From the IMG/VR virus record IMGVR_UViG_3300044267_004763, positions 1 to 47,062 of that record: a stretch of 47,062 nt of DNA; one strand, given 5' to 3'. The notes below the pieces were generated by a model. That model made no database searches and was not told the DNA's origin. It was given only the letters and a program-made list of their open reading frames with translations. Shown here piece by piece: positions 38,143-46,277 of this stretch (its first letter is position 1; each line of letters begins with the position of its first letter). This DNA is from a virus (taxonomy: Duplodnaviria > Caudoviricetes). Position numbers and translations under genes: made by a program.

Positions 38143-39204
38143 ATGGGATATCGTAGCAAGAGAAAGGCAGAGAAAGAAAGATTAGCTCAAATAAGAGAAA
38201 GTAGAGAAGCACGTGCAGCTTTAAAAAAGAAATATGGTAGTGGTGGTCTTCCTTCAAGTTATAAGCAAAGTGAAGAGAAGGCATTTGAAAAAGCAAAAGA
38301 ATGGAAAGCAGCAAACCCAGAAGTAACACATCTAAACGCTTTTGGTCTAACCAGAGATGGTAAAGATAGACATGGTAGGAGAGAAGAATTACCAAAGAAT
38401 TTAAGATATCCTTATAGTACAATTGATAGTACTCAAGACTTTATAAAATTTTCAATTTTTAAATACCGTAGAGGAGCATTAGTAACAAGAAGTGATGATG
38501 ATTTAAAATCGAAATTATTAGGTTCTATACTTCTTCCTATTCCTGCTAATCTTGTTGATTCTAATAATGCAAATTATAAGCAAGGGGATATGAACTTCTT
38601 GCAAGAAGCAGGAATGAAATTTGGGGCAGAAGCTTTGTCAGGCCAAATGGAAAAAGCAGGAGGAACAGTTAATGACCTTGTTGGTAGCATAGCAGGTAAT
38701 AAAAATTTAATTAAAAATTATTTTGCTACACAAGCAATGAATAGTATTGGTGGCAATTTATCTCTAGACCAAATATTAGCAAGAAGTAGTGGTCAAATTA
38801 TAAATCCAAATATGGAATTATTATTTTCTGGCCCTTCATTAAGAAATTTTAGTTATCAATTTAAATTTACACCAAGATTTCAAAAAGAAGCAGAATCTGT
38901 TAGAACCATCATTAAAGCATTTAAAAGAAATATGGCTCCAAAAGGTGCTGGTAGTAATTTCTTAAAGACTCCAAATATATTTGAAATTCAATATGTTGGT
39001 GATGCAGCAGATTACTTAAATAGAATAAAATTATGTGCTCTTAAAAATGTTGCTATGAATTATACGGGTGATGGAACTTGGGCAACCTATAGTGATGGTT
39101 CACCAATTTCAATGACTATGACACTTGCATTTACAGAATTAACACCAATTTATAATGAAGATTATCTTGATTATGATAATCACGACGACGGAGTAGGTTA
39201 CTAA
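38143..39204 (+). CDS. gp48: Baseplate tail tube cap gp48
   Basis: LRYP, ILLPIP, NPNMELLFSGPSLRNFSYQFKFTPR, FTELTPIY...GVGY. Confidence 0.85.
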   Translation: MGYRSKRKAEKERLAQIRESREARAALKKKYGSGGLPSSYKQSEEKAFEKAKEWKAANPEVTHLNAFGLTRDGKDRHGRREELPKNLRYPYSTIDSTQDFIKFSIFKYRRGALVTRSDDDLKSKLLGSILLPIPANLVDSNNANYKQGDMNFLQEAGMKFGAEALSGQMEKAGGTVNDLVGSIAGNKNLIKNYFATQAMNSIGGNLSLDQILARSSGQIINPNMELLFSGPSLRNFSYQFKFTPRFQKEAESVRTIIKAFKRNMAPKGAGSNFLKTPNIFEIQYVGDAADYLNRIKLCALKNVAMNYTGDGTWATYSDGSPISMTMTLAFTELTPIYNEDYLDYDNHDDGVGY

Positions 39205-39205
39205 A

Positions 39206-39874
39206 ATGGGATATTTCAGAGAGTTACCAAATTTAGAATATCAGAATTTTTTATCTGATAGCATTTCTTCTCAAAGTTACTTAGAAGTTAAAAACCTATT
39301 CAGAAGAAATAAAATACGTGACGACCTACAAGATGTCTTCACCTTATTCGACAAATATCAAATAAGAGAAGGAGCACGACCTGATACGATTGCCGAAGAA
39401 ATATATGGAGATGCTGAATTAGATTGGGTTGTATTAATTACTGCTGGTATTATTAATGTTAGAGATGAATGGCCTTTGTCGGATAGAGACCTATATTACT
39501 TTGTAGAGAATAAGTATGGTCTTACTGAGATGAATAACACTAAGTATTATGAAACCAAAGAGGTTAAGGATTCATTGGGAAGATTAATTCTCCCTAAAGG
39601 TAAGGTTGTAGATAATAACTTTACAATGACTTATTATGACAGCAAACTGGCAAATAATGTAACCACTGCTTCAACTGATATTCAAGGTATTACTAACTAC
39701 GAATATGAAGTTGACTTAAACAATAAGAAAAGAAATATATATCTCTTAAAACGAATGTATCTACAACAGTTCCTTAATGATATGAGGGACATAATGATTT
39801 ATCAACAGTCTTCAGAACGTATTAATGACCGACTGATAAGAACTGAAAATACAAAGGTCACAATGCCGACATAA
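39206..39874 (+). CDS. gp53: Baseplate wedge protein gp53
   Basis: YFRELP, KNLFRR, GARPDTIAEEIYGD..LDWVVL...EWP, NYEYE...N..KR.I. Confidence 0.9.
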   Translation: MGYFRELPNLEYQNFLSDSISSQSYLEVKNLFRRNKIRDDLQDVFTLFDKYQIREGARPDTIAEEIYGDAELDWVVLITAGIINVRDEWPLSDRDLYYFVENKYGLTEMNNTKYYETKEVKDSLGRLILPKGKVVDNNFTMTYYDSKLANNVTTASTDIQGITNYEYEVDLNNKKRNIYLLKRMYLQQFLNDMRDIMIYQQSSERINDRLIRTENTKVTMPT

Positions 39875-39906
39875 AAAAAGACCCCCGAAAGGGGGGTCTT
39901 TTTATT
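39873..39906. terminator. Bidirectional rho-independent terminator
   Basis: AAAAAGACCCCC-gaaag-GGGGGTCTTTTT hairpin between convergent gp53 and gp32. Confidence 0.9.
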
Positions 39907-40794
39907 TTAACCTTCTGCTAATTTAGCAAAATATGATAACGTATCATCATCATCTTCAGTAGCAGGTGATGCTGTTGTAGTAGCAGTAACTAATTGCTCT
40001 GCTGAACCACGATCATTATCTTCATCAATGGTTTCTGCATCTTGACGAGCAGGAGCTTTATTACCAAGAACATAACCAAGACGCTTCTTCAAATCTTCAT
40101 AAGACTTAAACTGGTCTGGTGCTACGAAATCTTGGAGAGAATTCTCTTTCTTCCATAGTGCTTCCATTGCATCATCGTCATCCAATATTGGAGTGACGGC
40201 AGTAAACTCAGAAGAGTCATAGTTACGATATCCAGCAACGTTCTTAGCTTTAAGTTTAAAGTTAGCACCCTGCCAGAAATCAAATGGATCAATTGCTTCC
40301 TCATCCTCAAACTCAGGCTGCATTGCTGCAGTTAGTTTGTCAAAGATTTTCTTCCCATACTTATATAAGAATACTTTACCTTCGTTTTCAGGATTAGCAG
40401 GATCCTTCACAACATAGATGTTACTGATGTATGTAAGTTTACGCTTCTGCTTACGAGCAGCATCTTTACCTGCATCTGTTCCATTGTTCCATAGAGTAGT
40501 ATTAAACTCAGAAACTGGATCTTTCTGCCCTAAAGTGGTAAGAGAGTTCTCAATATACCAACCGCCAGGCCCTTGGAAGGCATGGGAGTATAGTTTTACA
40601 AATGGTAAATCTTCACCATCTGGTGCAGGAAGAAAACGGATAACGGCATAACCATTACCTGATTTATCACATTCTAATTTCCACAAACGGTCATCACCGT
40701 TTCCATTAGTGTTATTCATTTTTTCAACTTCTTTCACAAGTTTCTGTGTAAGAGAGCCAAGTTTTGATTGCTTTTTAAGATTAGCAAACGACAT
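39907..40794 (-). CDS. gp32: Single-stranded DNA-binding protein gp32
   Basis: DKSGNGYAVIRFLP, GGWYIENSLTT, YGKKIFDK, GANFKLK, NYDSSEF, acidic tail. Confidence 0.95.
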   Translation of the reverse strand: MSFANLKKQSKLGSLTQKLVKEVEKMNNTNGNGDDRLWKLECDKSGNGYAVIRFLPAPDGEDLPFVKLYSHAFQGPGGWYIENSLTTLGQKDPVSEFNTTLWNNGTDAGKDAARKQKRKLTYISNIYVVKDPANPENEGKVFLYKYGKKIFDKLTAAMQPEFEDEEAIDPFDFWQGANFKLKAKNVAGYRNYDSSEFTAVTPILDDDDAMEALWKKENSLQDFVAPDQFKSYEDLKKRLGYVLGNKAPARQDAETIDEDNDRGSAEQLVTATTTASPATEDDDDTLSYFAKLAEG

Positions 40795-40833
40795 AGATTA
40801 CCTCGGATTAATTGGATTCGTTGGATTGGTTTT

Positions 40834-40862
40834 ATTATAACAAAAAAATCAATATCAGTCAA
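40834..40862 (-). promoter_or_regulatory. Sigma70-type promoter of gp32
   Basis: TTGACT-17 nt-TATAAT with TGn extension. Confidence 0.8.
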
Positions 40863-41184
40863 TAGACCCTTCTAATGTCTGGATTGTTTGACGCATAGTG
40901 TCAAATAATACATCCATACTAGTGCCAGGTTTAAATCCCATAACTGTAACAGATTTCTCTATTTGGGATTTTAATTCCTTAGCTGTTGGGTCATCAGATA
41001 AAGCTAGTCTTGTATACATAACTCTTTGTTTATCGAGTAGTACTTTTAGACTTTCAATATGTTCCTTTCTACCTTCACGAGAAAGTGATGGAAATGTAAA
41101 GGCATCTTTATAGATGTCTTGTTGCATTTTATTAATTTCCTCCAGTTCTTCCTGGACGATTTCAGAATCAAAAAAATCACTCAT
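40855..41184 (-). CDS. DUF1825-like conserved cyanobacterial/cyanophage protein
   Basis: FFDSEIVQEE N-terminus; RLALSDDP. Confidence 0.7.
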   Translation of the reverse strand: MSDFFDSEIVQEELEEINKMQQDIYKDAFTFPSLSREGRKEHIESLKVLLDKQRVMYTRLALSDDPTAKELKSQIEKSVTVMGFKPGTSMDVLFDTMRQTIQTLEGSID

Positions 41185-41773
41185 TGATTAAATCCCGTAA
41201 AATTTTTTTATATTGGAACACATTAATATTTATGAAAGGAATGTACTTTTTTAACTTTAAACTGACGGATTCCCACACTGGATCTTTTAACTTTTTATCA
41301 AAATTTTGTACGAAAGAAAAAATCCTTTCCAGTATTGTAAGTGTTTCTAACGACATCTCCCCACCCAAATATTTTTTCAATATTGGAGGATGGCCTTTCG
41401 AGCAATCGAATACTTCGTTCAAGTTGTTGTCCGATAGCAATTCGTTGCTTTGTTCTTTGAATAAGTAAGTCAAACTCTGCTTTCTTTTCATCCATTGTGA
41501 ATAATTTCGTTCTCCTGAATTAATAATTTCACCAATCCATAAGTTTTGTGGATTGTCTGTTGATACAAAATTTGCTAAAAGAAAATTCTGTATCTCTTCA
41601 TCAGAATATTTTCTGGAAGTTTTCTCAAACCAATATTTGTCCTTTCGTCTATTGAAAGATGCTATAGTAGCTCTTGACTTACCTCCATATTTAAAAAAGT
41701 CATACTTACGATTTGTAAAATGACTCTTCATAGAGAGATAAGTTTGATATGTCTCATAAGGAGTCACGTTCAT
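41177..41773 (-). CDS. gp59: Helicase loader gp59
   Basis: YLSMKSHFT..YDFFKYGGK...RKDKYWFEK; T4 gene order 33-59-32. Confidence 0.85.
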   Translation of the reverse strand: MNVTPYETYQTYLSMKSHFTNRKYDFFKYGGKSRATIASFNRRKDKYWFEKTSRKYSDEEIQNFLLANFVSTDNPQNLWIGEIINSGERNYSQWMKRKQSLTYLFKEQSNELLSDNNLNEVFDCSKGHPPILKKYLGGEMSLETLTILERIFSFVQNFDKKLKDPVWESVSLKLKKYIPFININVFQYKKILRDLINE

Positions 41774-42030
41774 ATAGGAAGTTTAGCCCTTGATGTCTTT
41801 TTCATAAAGTTAAGTTCTTGTGCATCCCATTTTAATTTTTCTTTGAGTGGTTTAGAGATTAACTTTGTAACAGATTCGATTTCAAGACCATTAATTTCAC
41901 AATAATGACAAATAGCGTCAATATAATTCATTTCTTCCTTTGCGACTATCCCTTCTATTTCAAGGGCAAATTTAGATGGTGTAAGAAATTTACTTTCTAT
42001 TACTTTTTCTAGTTCTTTATTTGGTTCCAT
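41770..42030 (-). CDS. gp33: Late transcription coactivator gp33 (86 aa; start trimmed to ATG 42030)
   Basis: YIDAICHYCE...KLISKPLKEKLKWDAQELNF. Confidence 0.85.
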   Translation of the reverse strand: MEPNKELEKVIESKFLTPSKFALEIEGIVAKEEMNYIDAICHYCEINGLEIESVTKLISKPLKEKLKWDAQELNFMKKTSRAKLPI

Positions 42031-42700
42031 AGAGCTCCATTTTATCTCCAACAAACTTTCTAATATATTCTCCGAGGAGTTTGATATACTTTGATTTGTC
42101 GGATTCTTCGTAGACGACACATTCTCCATTTTCACAAGCCATAATGATTACAAGTTTTTTTATCGAAATATCTTTCATCTCATACAACATACATCCATAT
42201 GCCATTGCTTGAACAAAATAATGTTCAATCCAATTTCTTGGTTTAGGTTTTTTAGATGTTTTAAAATCTATTATTGATAACTCTCCATCATATTCTGCAA
42301 TACAATCAACAGTTCCAGCAATACCTAGTTGCCTACTATATAGCGGGCCTTCTAGGGCATAGATATTATCAATTTTATTCAATTCTCCCTTTGATATCTT
42401 AAATAAGAAATCAGATATTGGTGGAACTTTAGGAAGGACTTCATCATTTTTTAGATAATGTTCTGTAAGAGTATGCATATCAGTTCCACGGGTTGTAGCC
42501 GCTTTCGTGATTTTATCTGCTGTCTCATTACCTACCTTTTTTCTCCAGTTAACAAAAATCTCTTTATTAAAGTGACTGGTTACAGAAGTGATAGAAACCA
42601 ACTTGATTAATTCATCTTCCTCTGGAATAGAATAATAACGAACTCCATCTATAGTCTCTCTTTTGAGAGGTTCAAGATTCAAATCAACATGATTAAACAT
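42017..42700 (-). CDS. PD-(D/E)XK / RecB-family exonuclease
   Basis: SITSV, RGT.MH, AGTVDC...IIDFKTS...Q..AY. Confidence 0.85.
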   Translation of the reverse strand: MFNHVDLNLEPLKRETIDGVRYYSIPEEDELIKLVSITSVTSHFNKEIFVNWRKKVGNETADKITKAATTRGTDMHTLTEHYLKNDEVLPKVPPISDFLFKISKGELNKIDNIYALEGPLYSRQLGIAGTVDCIAEYDGELSIIDFKTSKKPKPRNWIEHYFVQAMAYGCMLYEMKDISIKKLVIIMACENGECVVYEESDKSKYIKLLGEYIRKFVGDKMELYGTK

Positions 42701-43458
42701 TAAAGACCCATTTCAATTTTGGCGGTAAGATATTCTTTAACAAGTCCAGAACGAACTATGTCGCCAATACCAAACTCTATTATATCAAAAGATGGCATTT
42801 TACGCAAGACGTTCATAAAATCAACAATACCATTACGATCATTAGTTTTAACTAAATCAGACTGACTGGCATCACCACAAAACATAATTCTGGTATTTTC
42901 ACCGACTCTGGTAATAATACTATCCAATTCGTGGAAATTTAAGTTCTGAAACTCATCTACTATTACAATCGAATTATCTAATGTAGTTCCACGTAAAAAC
43001 GATGTACTCCAAAACTTGATACTATCCTGTGATTTAAGATTACCATAAAGCATCTCAAAATCAGCATCAGAGGGCATCTGAAACATATACTTCACCATAT
43101 TCTTATAAGGAATTTGGTAGATATCTGCCTTATCTTCGTGGTCACCAGGTAAGAAACCAATCTCTCTGGTAGCAACTAATGAACGAACCAAATAGATATG
43201 CTCATAAGGTGTACTTTCATTCAAAACATCCTTAACAGCATTATATAATGAAATAAAGGTTTTTCCAGTTCCAGCACAACCATAAGCAACCAAATGCTTA
43301 CCATCTTTATAGGATTTAAATAAGTTTTTTTGATTATCATTGAGTGGTTCAATATCCACCAAATAATCAGCACTCAGAGGTTTTTTCCTCTTCATCTGCT
43401 TGGCAGTTAAACCAACACCAATAGGTTGTTCACTATTAGCTCTTTTTCTTCTTGCCAT
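42700..43458 (-). CDS. phoH: PhoH-family ATPase
   Basis: GCAGTGKT, GFLPG, FLRGTT, IVDEFQN, CGD..QSD, DIVRSGLV. Confidence 0.95.
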   Translation of the reverse strand: MARRKRANSEQPIGVGLTAKQMKRKKPLSADYLVDIEPLNDNQKNLFKSYKDGKHLVAYGCAGTGKTFISLYNAVKDVLNESTPYEHIYLVRSLVATREIGFLPGDHEDKADIYQIPYKNMVKYMFQMPSDADFEMLYGNLKSQDSIKFWSTSFLRGTTLDNSIVIVDEFQNLNFHELDSIITRVGENTRIMFCGDASQSDLVKTNDRNGIVDFMNVLRKMPSFDIIEFGIGDIVRSGLVKEYLTAKIEMGL

Positions 43459-43459
43459 T

Positions 43460-43711
43460 TTAGGTGAGTTTTTTTACTTTAGAACCAGGTGCTTTAGATG
43501 CTTTATGAAGAACCTCATTCCATCCTGGTTTTGTCTTACGTAATGTATCTCTCCAATCTCCGACTTCGGCAGCCATTGGACAGGTGGATGGATCACTCCA
43601 ATCCCTCTTCCAATCTGGATTATCTTCACACCATTTACTCCACTCTGTTATACTCATTTTTACTTCTTTCTGTTCACCAGTTTCTTTGTGAACCACAGGA
43701 TATGTTGCCAT
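43460..43711 (-). CDS. Conserved hypothetical protein (83 aa)
   Basis: MATYPV..TGEQKEV...NPDW...PGW.EVL...PGS pattern usually found before phoH in T4-like cyanophages. Confidence 0.8.
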   Translation of the reverse strand: MATYPVVHKETGEQKEVKMSITEWSKWCEDNPDWKRDWSDPSTCPMAAEVGDWRDTLRKTKPGWNEVLHKASKAPGSKVKKLT

Positions 43712-43732
43712 AACTATAATATATTGTAAATT

Positions 43733-43739
43733 TATTTAG
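43733..43739 (-). promoter_or_regulatory. T4-type late promoter (CTAAATA)
   Basis: Overlaps the thyX stop, about 22 nt before the next ATG. Confidence 0.5.
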
Positions 43740-44368
43740 ACCCACTCAAGAGCTTCTGATACTGCAGGGAATTGTTCGGTAAATACCTTTCTACATCCCT
43801 CTGCTATCTCCATATGCTCTTTTTGTGTTCCGTGTGCTGAACGTAGATTTATGTAATGTATCCAAGAACGGCAAGAACCAGTCATATAGATTCTGGTAGG
43901 AGTGCAGAGAGGTAATACCATTCTTGCACATTCCTTAGCCACACCCTGACTCAACATTTGCTCATAAAGTGCCTTTGAAGAGCTAAACAGGGTAATCATC
44001 TGTTTTTCGAATTTTTCAACTAATTCAGGTTCCAAGTCATTTGTAGAATTTTGACGATTCTTCAAATCTTGCTTACGAAGCTCTGGAAGGTCAATATCAC
44101 CCAATGCAGTGCTTGCGGCATATCTTTGTGAAAACTCCTGAAAAGTGAAACTCCTATGTCTTAGGATTTGTGCCGCAATAGCACGAGTAGTCTCAATTTC
44201 CAAAGTCATGGAAGATTGCTCAAAAACACTCCAATGGTTATGTTTGATACAATATTTCAAAAGTCCTGCATATTTCTCATTATCCTGATTTGATGGATTC
44301 GACACTCTGGCAATATATGCTATTGTCTGCTCTGCGTCAGGAGTGATGCTTATAAGTTTTACAGTCAT
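43736..44368 (-). CDS. thyX: FAD-dependent thymidylate synthase
   Basis: HWSVFE, RHRSFTFQEFSQRY signature, E.ARMVLP, TQKEH. Confidence 0.95.
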   Translation of the reverse strand: MTVKLISITPDAEQTIAYIARVSNPSNQDNEKYAGLLKYCIKHNHWSVFEQSSMTLEIETTRAIAAQILRHRSFTFQEFSQRYAASTALGDIDLPELRKQDLKNRQNSTNDLEPELVEKFEKQMITLFSSSKALYEQMLSQGVAKECARMVLPLCTPTRIYMTGSCRSWIHYINLRSAHGTQKEHMEIAEGCRKVFTEQFPAVSEALEWV

Positions 44369-44526
44369 TTTTTACCAAATCCTTCAGGTTTTGTTTTTTT
44401 AGTTTTTGCCACTTCTTCCTCCAAAATAGCAAGTTGCTCTTTCATAAAATTCAACTCTTCAACATCATATAAGTGATCCTGCCGAAGTGCTTTTCTGAGA
44501 CTTTTCAATAAATGCTTAGACCTCAT
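44365..44526 (-). CDS. Small hypothetical protein (53 aa, MRSKHLLKSLRKALRQDHLY...PEGFGKK)
   Basis: Hand-translated; ATGA overlaps at both ends; not in the ORF track. Confidence 0.75.
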   Translation of the reverse strand: MRSKHLLKSLRKALRQDHLYDVEELNFMKEQLAILEEEVAKTKKTKPEGFGKK

Positions 44527-44708
44527 CCGTCATCATCCTCAAAAACTTCATCATAATCTCCAAATCCTGGATATTTTGTTCTATCGAAAGATGTTTCGTA
44601 GGATGTTTTATAAGCATCTACATCAGAATAGACTTCTGCTTTAAGAGCATCAACCAATAGTTCTAAATTGCGAACAATCAATTTTAGTTTTTCTCTTTGT
44701 GGTTCCAT
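44523..44708 (-). CDS. Small conserved hypothetical protein (61 aa; KLKLIVRNLELLVDALKAEVYSD)
   Basis: Start trimmed to ATG 44708 downstream of the promoters. Confidence 0.75.
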   Translation of the reverse strand: MEPQREKLKLIVRNLELLVDALKAEVYSDVDAYKTSYETSFDRTKYPGFGDYDEVFEDDDG

Positions 44709-44721
44709 AATTTTTATATGG

Positions 44722-44759
44722 TATTTATATATTTTACATAAAAAAAGGAGGACTGTCAA
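44722..44759 (-). promoter_or_regulatory. Stacked sigma70 promoter (TTGACA-17-TAAAAT) and late promoter (TATAAATA)
   Basis: -35 at 44754-44759, -10 at 44731-44736, late box at 44722-44729. Confidence 0.65.
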
Positions 44760-44771
44760 TAGCCCTCCTTT
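44740..44771 (-). terminator. Rho-independent terminator after the DUF4278 gene
   Basis: AAAGGAGGGCT-attgac-AGTCCTCCTTTTTTT. Confidence 0.8.
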
Positions 44772-44789
44772 AAACTTATTCAGTTGTAA

Positions 44790-44945
44790 TTAAGCAACAG
44801 TAAGCCCAGCGTCTAGATATGAAGGTAAAACTTCATCTGCTTTGCTGTGCTTAACACCACGGTAAGTCAATTCAGACTTTTGTGATTGTGTTTGCTTACG
44901 CTCGTTAGTGTCGTACTGGACACCACGATAAGTGACTTTTGCCAT
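44790..44945 (-). CDS. DUF4278-family small protein (51 aa, MAKVTYRGVQYDT...ELTYRGVKH...)
   Basis: Hand-translated; two TYRGV motifs, GGAGA RBS; not in the ORF track. Confidence 0.85.
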   Translation of the reverse strand: MAKVTYRGVQYDTNERKQTQSQKSELTYRGVKHSKADEVLPSYLDAGLTVA

Positions 44946-44975
44946 TGGCTTTCTCCAAAGTAGTGGGATTTTACT

Positions 44976-45153
44976 CCGTTCCTTTAGTCGGCTTTTGCGT
45001 CCTCAAAGCATCCCTTCTCAGTACTCTCTGCCACAATCTGAATAAGTTCAGATTTAGGGGTTTCAGTATGTTGCTGGTATATTGCGTCAACAAGACCAGT
45101 AGCATATTCACATGTTAAGAGACTAGCGAGAAGTAATTCCATAAGGATGAACG
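44976..45153 (-). ncRNA. Second glutamine-riboswitch-like motif with an ORF-sized P2 loop
   Basis: CGTTC-A-TCCTT[...]GAGGA-CGCA-aaa-GCCGACT-aaa-GGAACGG; same skeleton as the adjacent compact copy. Confidence 0.55.
44984..45142 (-). CDS. Small two-Cys protein (52 aa, MELLLASLLTCEYATG...GCFEDAKAD) nested in the RNA motif
   Basis: ATG 45142 to TAA 44984; track ORF 44984-45223 trimmed. Confidence 0.7.
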   Translation of the reverse strand: MELLLASLLTCEYATGLVDAIYQQHTETPKSELIQIVAESTEKGCFEDAKAD

Positions 45154-45156
45154 ATT

Positions 45157-45204
45157 CCGTTCCGAGTCGGCTTACTTGCGACCTGAAATGTATCAGGTTG
45201 AACG
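45157..45204 (-). ncRNA. Glutamine-riboswitch-like RNA (Downstream-peptide/glnA class)
   Basis: P1 CGTTC/GAACG, P2 ACCTGA/TCAGGT, CGCA junction; upstream of DUF4278, the known context for this class. Confidence 0.7.
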
Positions 45205-45213
45205 ATTGTGTTA

Positions 45214-45242
45214 ATACTAACACATGTATAGTATATAGTCAA
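45214..45242 (-). promoter_or_regulatory. Sigma70-type promoter of the riboswitch/DUF4278 unit
   Basis: TTGACT-17 nt-TAGTAT; predicted start just before the first RNA motif. Confidence 0.65.
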
Positions 45243-45249
45243 GTACTTA

Positions 45250-45265
45250 TGTATTTTCTGTTACA
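45250..45265. promoter_or_regulatory. Putative NtcA box
   Basis: TGTA-ttttctgt-TACA matches tGTA-N8-TACa, just upstream of the -35. Confidence 0.55.
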
Positions 45266-45339
45266 AAATCCTGTGGCTTGAAAAAATGTCGGCGTTTTTT
45301 TCCCGAATATATGGGAATTGAAAGCTGATTTTGGTGGCC

Positions 45340-45687
45340 CTAACCTTTTCTTTTCTTCTTAGTCGGTGCCTGATAACCCCAGAGGTTTGGTTTAATGGTT
45401 CCATTTCCATAACCAATAGTCTTTAAATCACCTTTAAACTTATCCCAATACATATCAAACAAAGTAACTTTACTTCCCCGTGAAAGGTCATAATGAATTT
45501 CATCATCACAAACGTACTTTATGATATAACAATCAGTCGGTGCTTTTCGGGTAGAAACCTCCTGCAAAGAACCATTCTCTACGACAATTTCAGTTCCGTA
45601 TTTGGTTTTTAAGTTATCAAGTTCTTCTGTAGTCCAAAAAGACTTTTTCTTTTCTGGTGCTTTTGGTGCTGTTGTCGTTGTAGTCAT
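45340..45687 (-). CDS. Conserved hypothetical protein (115 aa)
   Basis: TAATG-coupled ORF; LFDMYWDK...GTIKPNLWG. Confidence 0.75.
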   Translation of the reverse strand: MTTTTTAPKAPEKKKSFWTTEELDNLKTKYGTEIVVENGSLQEVSTRKAPTDCYIIKYVCDDEIHYDLSRGSKVTLFDMYWDKFKGDLKTIGYGNGTIKPNLWGYQAPTKKKRKG

Positions 45688-46277
45688 TATCTACCACCCC
45701 ATTTAATATCAGGATATGCTTCTGCAACAAGCTCTTTAGTAATCTTATAGACATCAGATAATTTCTTATCCTTAACAAGAATAATAATCTCTGCTTCTAA
45801 TGGATGAAGACCTTCAAGAATGTTTATAAACATAGTTTCACGACGAATACCACTCATCATATCATTACCACCCTTAACAAAATTATAAAAGTGCTTTGAT
45901 TCACGACGAATAGTAGTGTGTCCTTGATTGTCACTAGCTCCTAGTGAGAAGTTTTCTTGTTCGTGCATTCTACGAATCTGTTCGGATACTTTAGTTGATA
46001 AGGTTCCACTATAAGTATTCTGCTCATCATAACCCTGATAAGGTACTTCACCTTGTGGGAGATTAGATTTTACAGACTCATCAAAGTTCCAAATAAAAAC
46101 AGTTCTTAATGCTTTGTGGTCATACTTTCTAAGAACTTCTATTTTTTTAGCCTTACTTCTTTGTTTTGAAATTAAATCTAAAATTTCAAATATAAAAGGA
46201 TTGTTTGGTAAATTGGGAGTAGTTTTAACAGTAACCTTTCTTGGTTTACTGGTATTCTTCGGAGTCGTTTTCGTCAT
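45687..46277 (-). CDS. Conserved T4-like phage hypothetical protein (196 aa)
   Basis: IWNFDESV.S.LP.GEVPY, RRETMFINILEGLHP.EA; start trimmed to ATG 46277. Confidence 0.8.
   Translation of the reverse strand: MTKTTPKNTSKPRKVTVKTTPNLPNNPFIFEILDLISKQRSKAKKIEVLRKYDHKALRTVFIWNFDESVKSNLPQGEVPYQGYDEQNTYSGTLSTKVSEQIRRMHEQENFSLGASDNQGHTTIRRESKHFYNFVKGGNDMMSGIRRETMFINILEGLHPLEAEIIILVKDKKLSDVYKITKELVAEAYPDIKWGGR

Noticed and set aside
42017-42700. Cas4-like nuclease implying CRISPR
   Set aside because: No four-Cys Fe-S pattern, no other cas genes, no array; ordinary T4-like cyanophage exonuclease position
42700-44368. phoH and thyX as novel auxiliary genes
   Set aside because: Routine core genes of T4-like cyanophages
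36562-45283. 14-bp inverted match tttcaagccacagg at 36562-36575 and 45270-45283
   Set aside because: Matches of this length are expected by chance in 47 kb of AT-rich DNA; no recombinase or other sign of inversion
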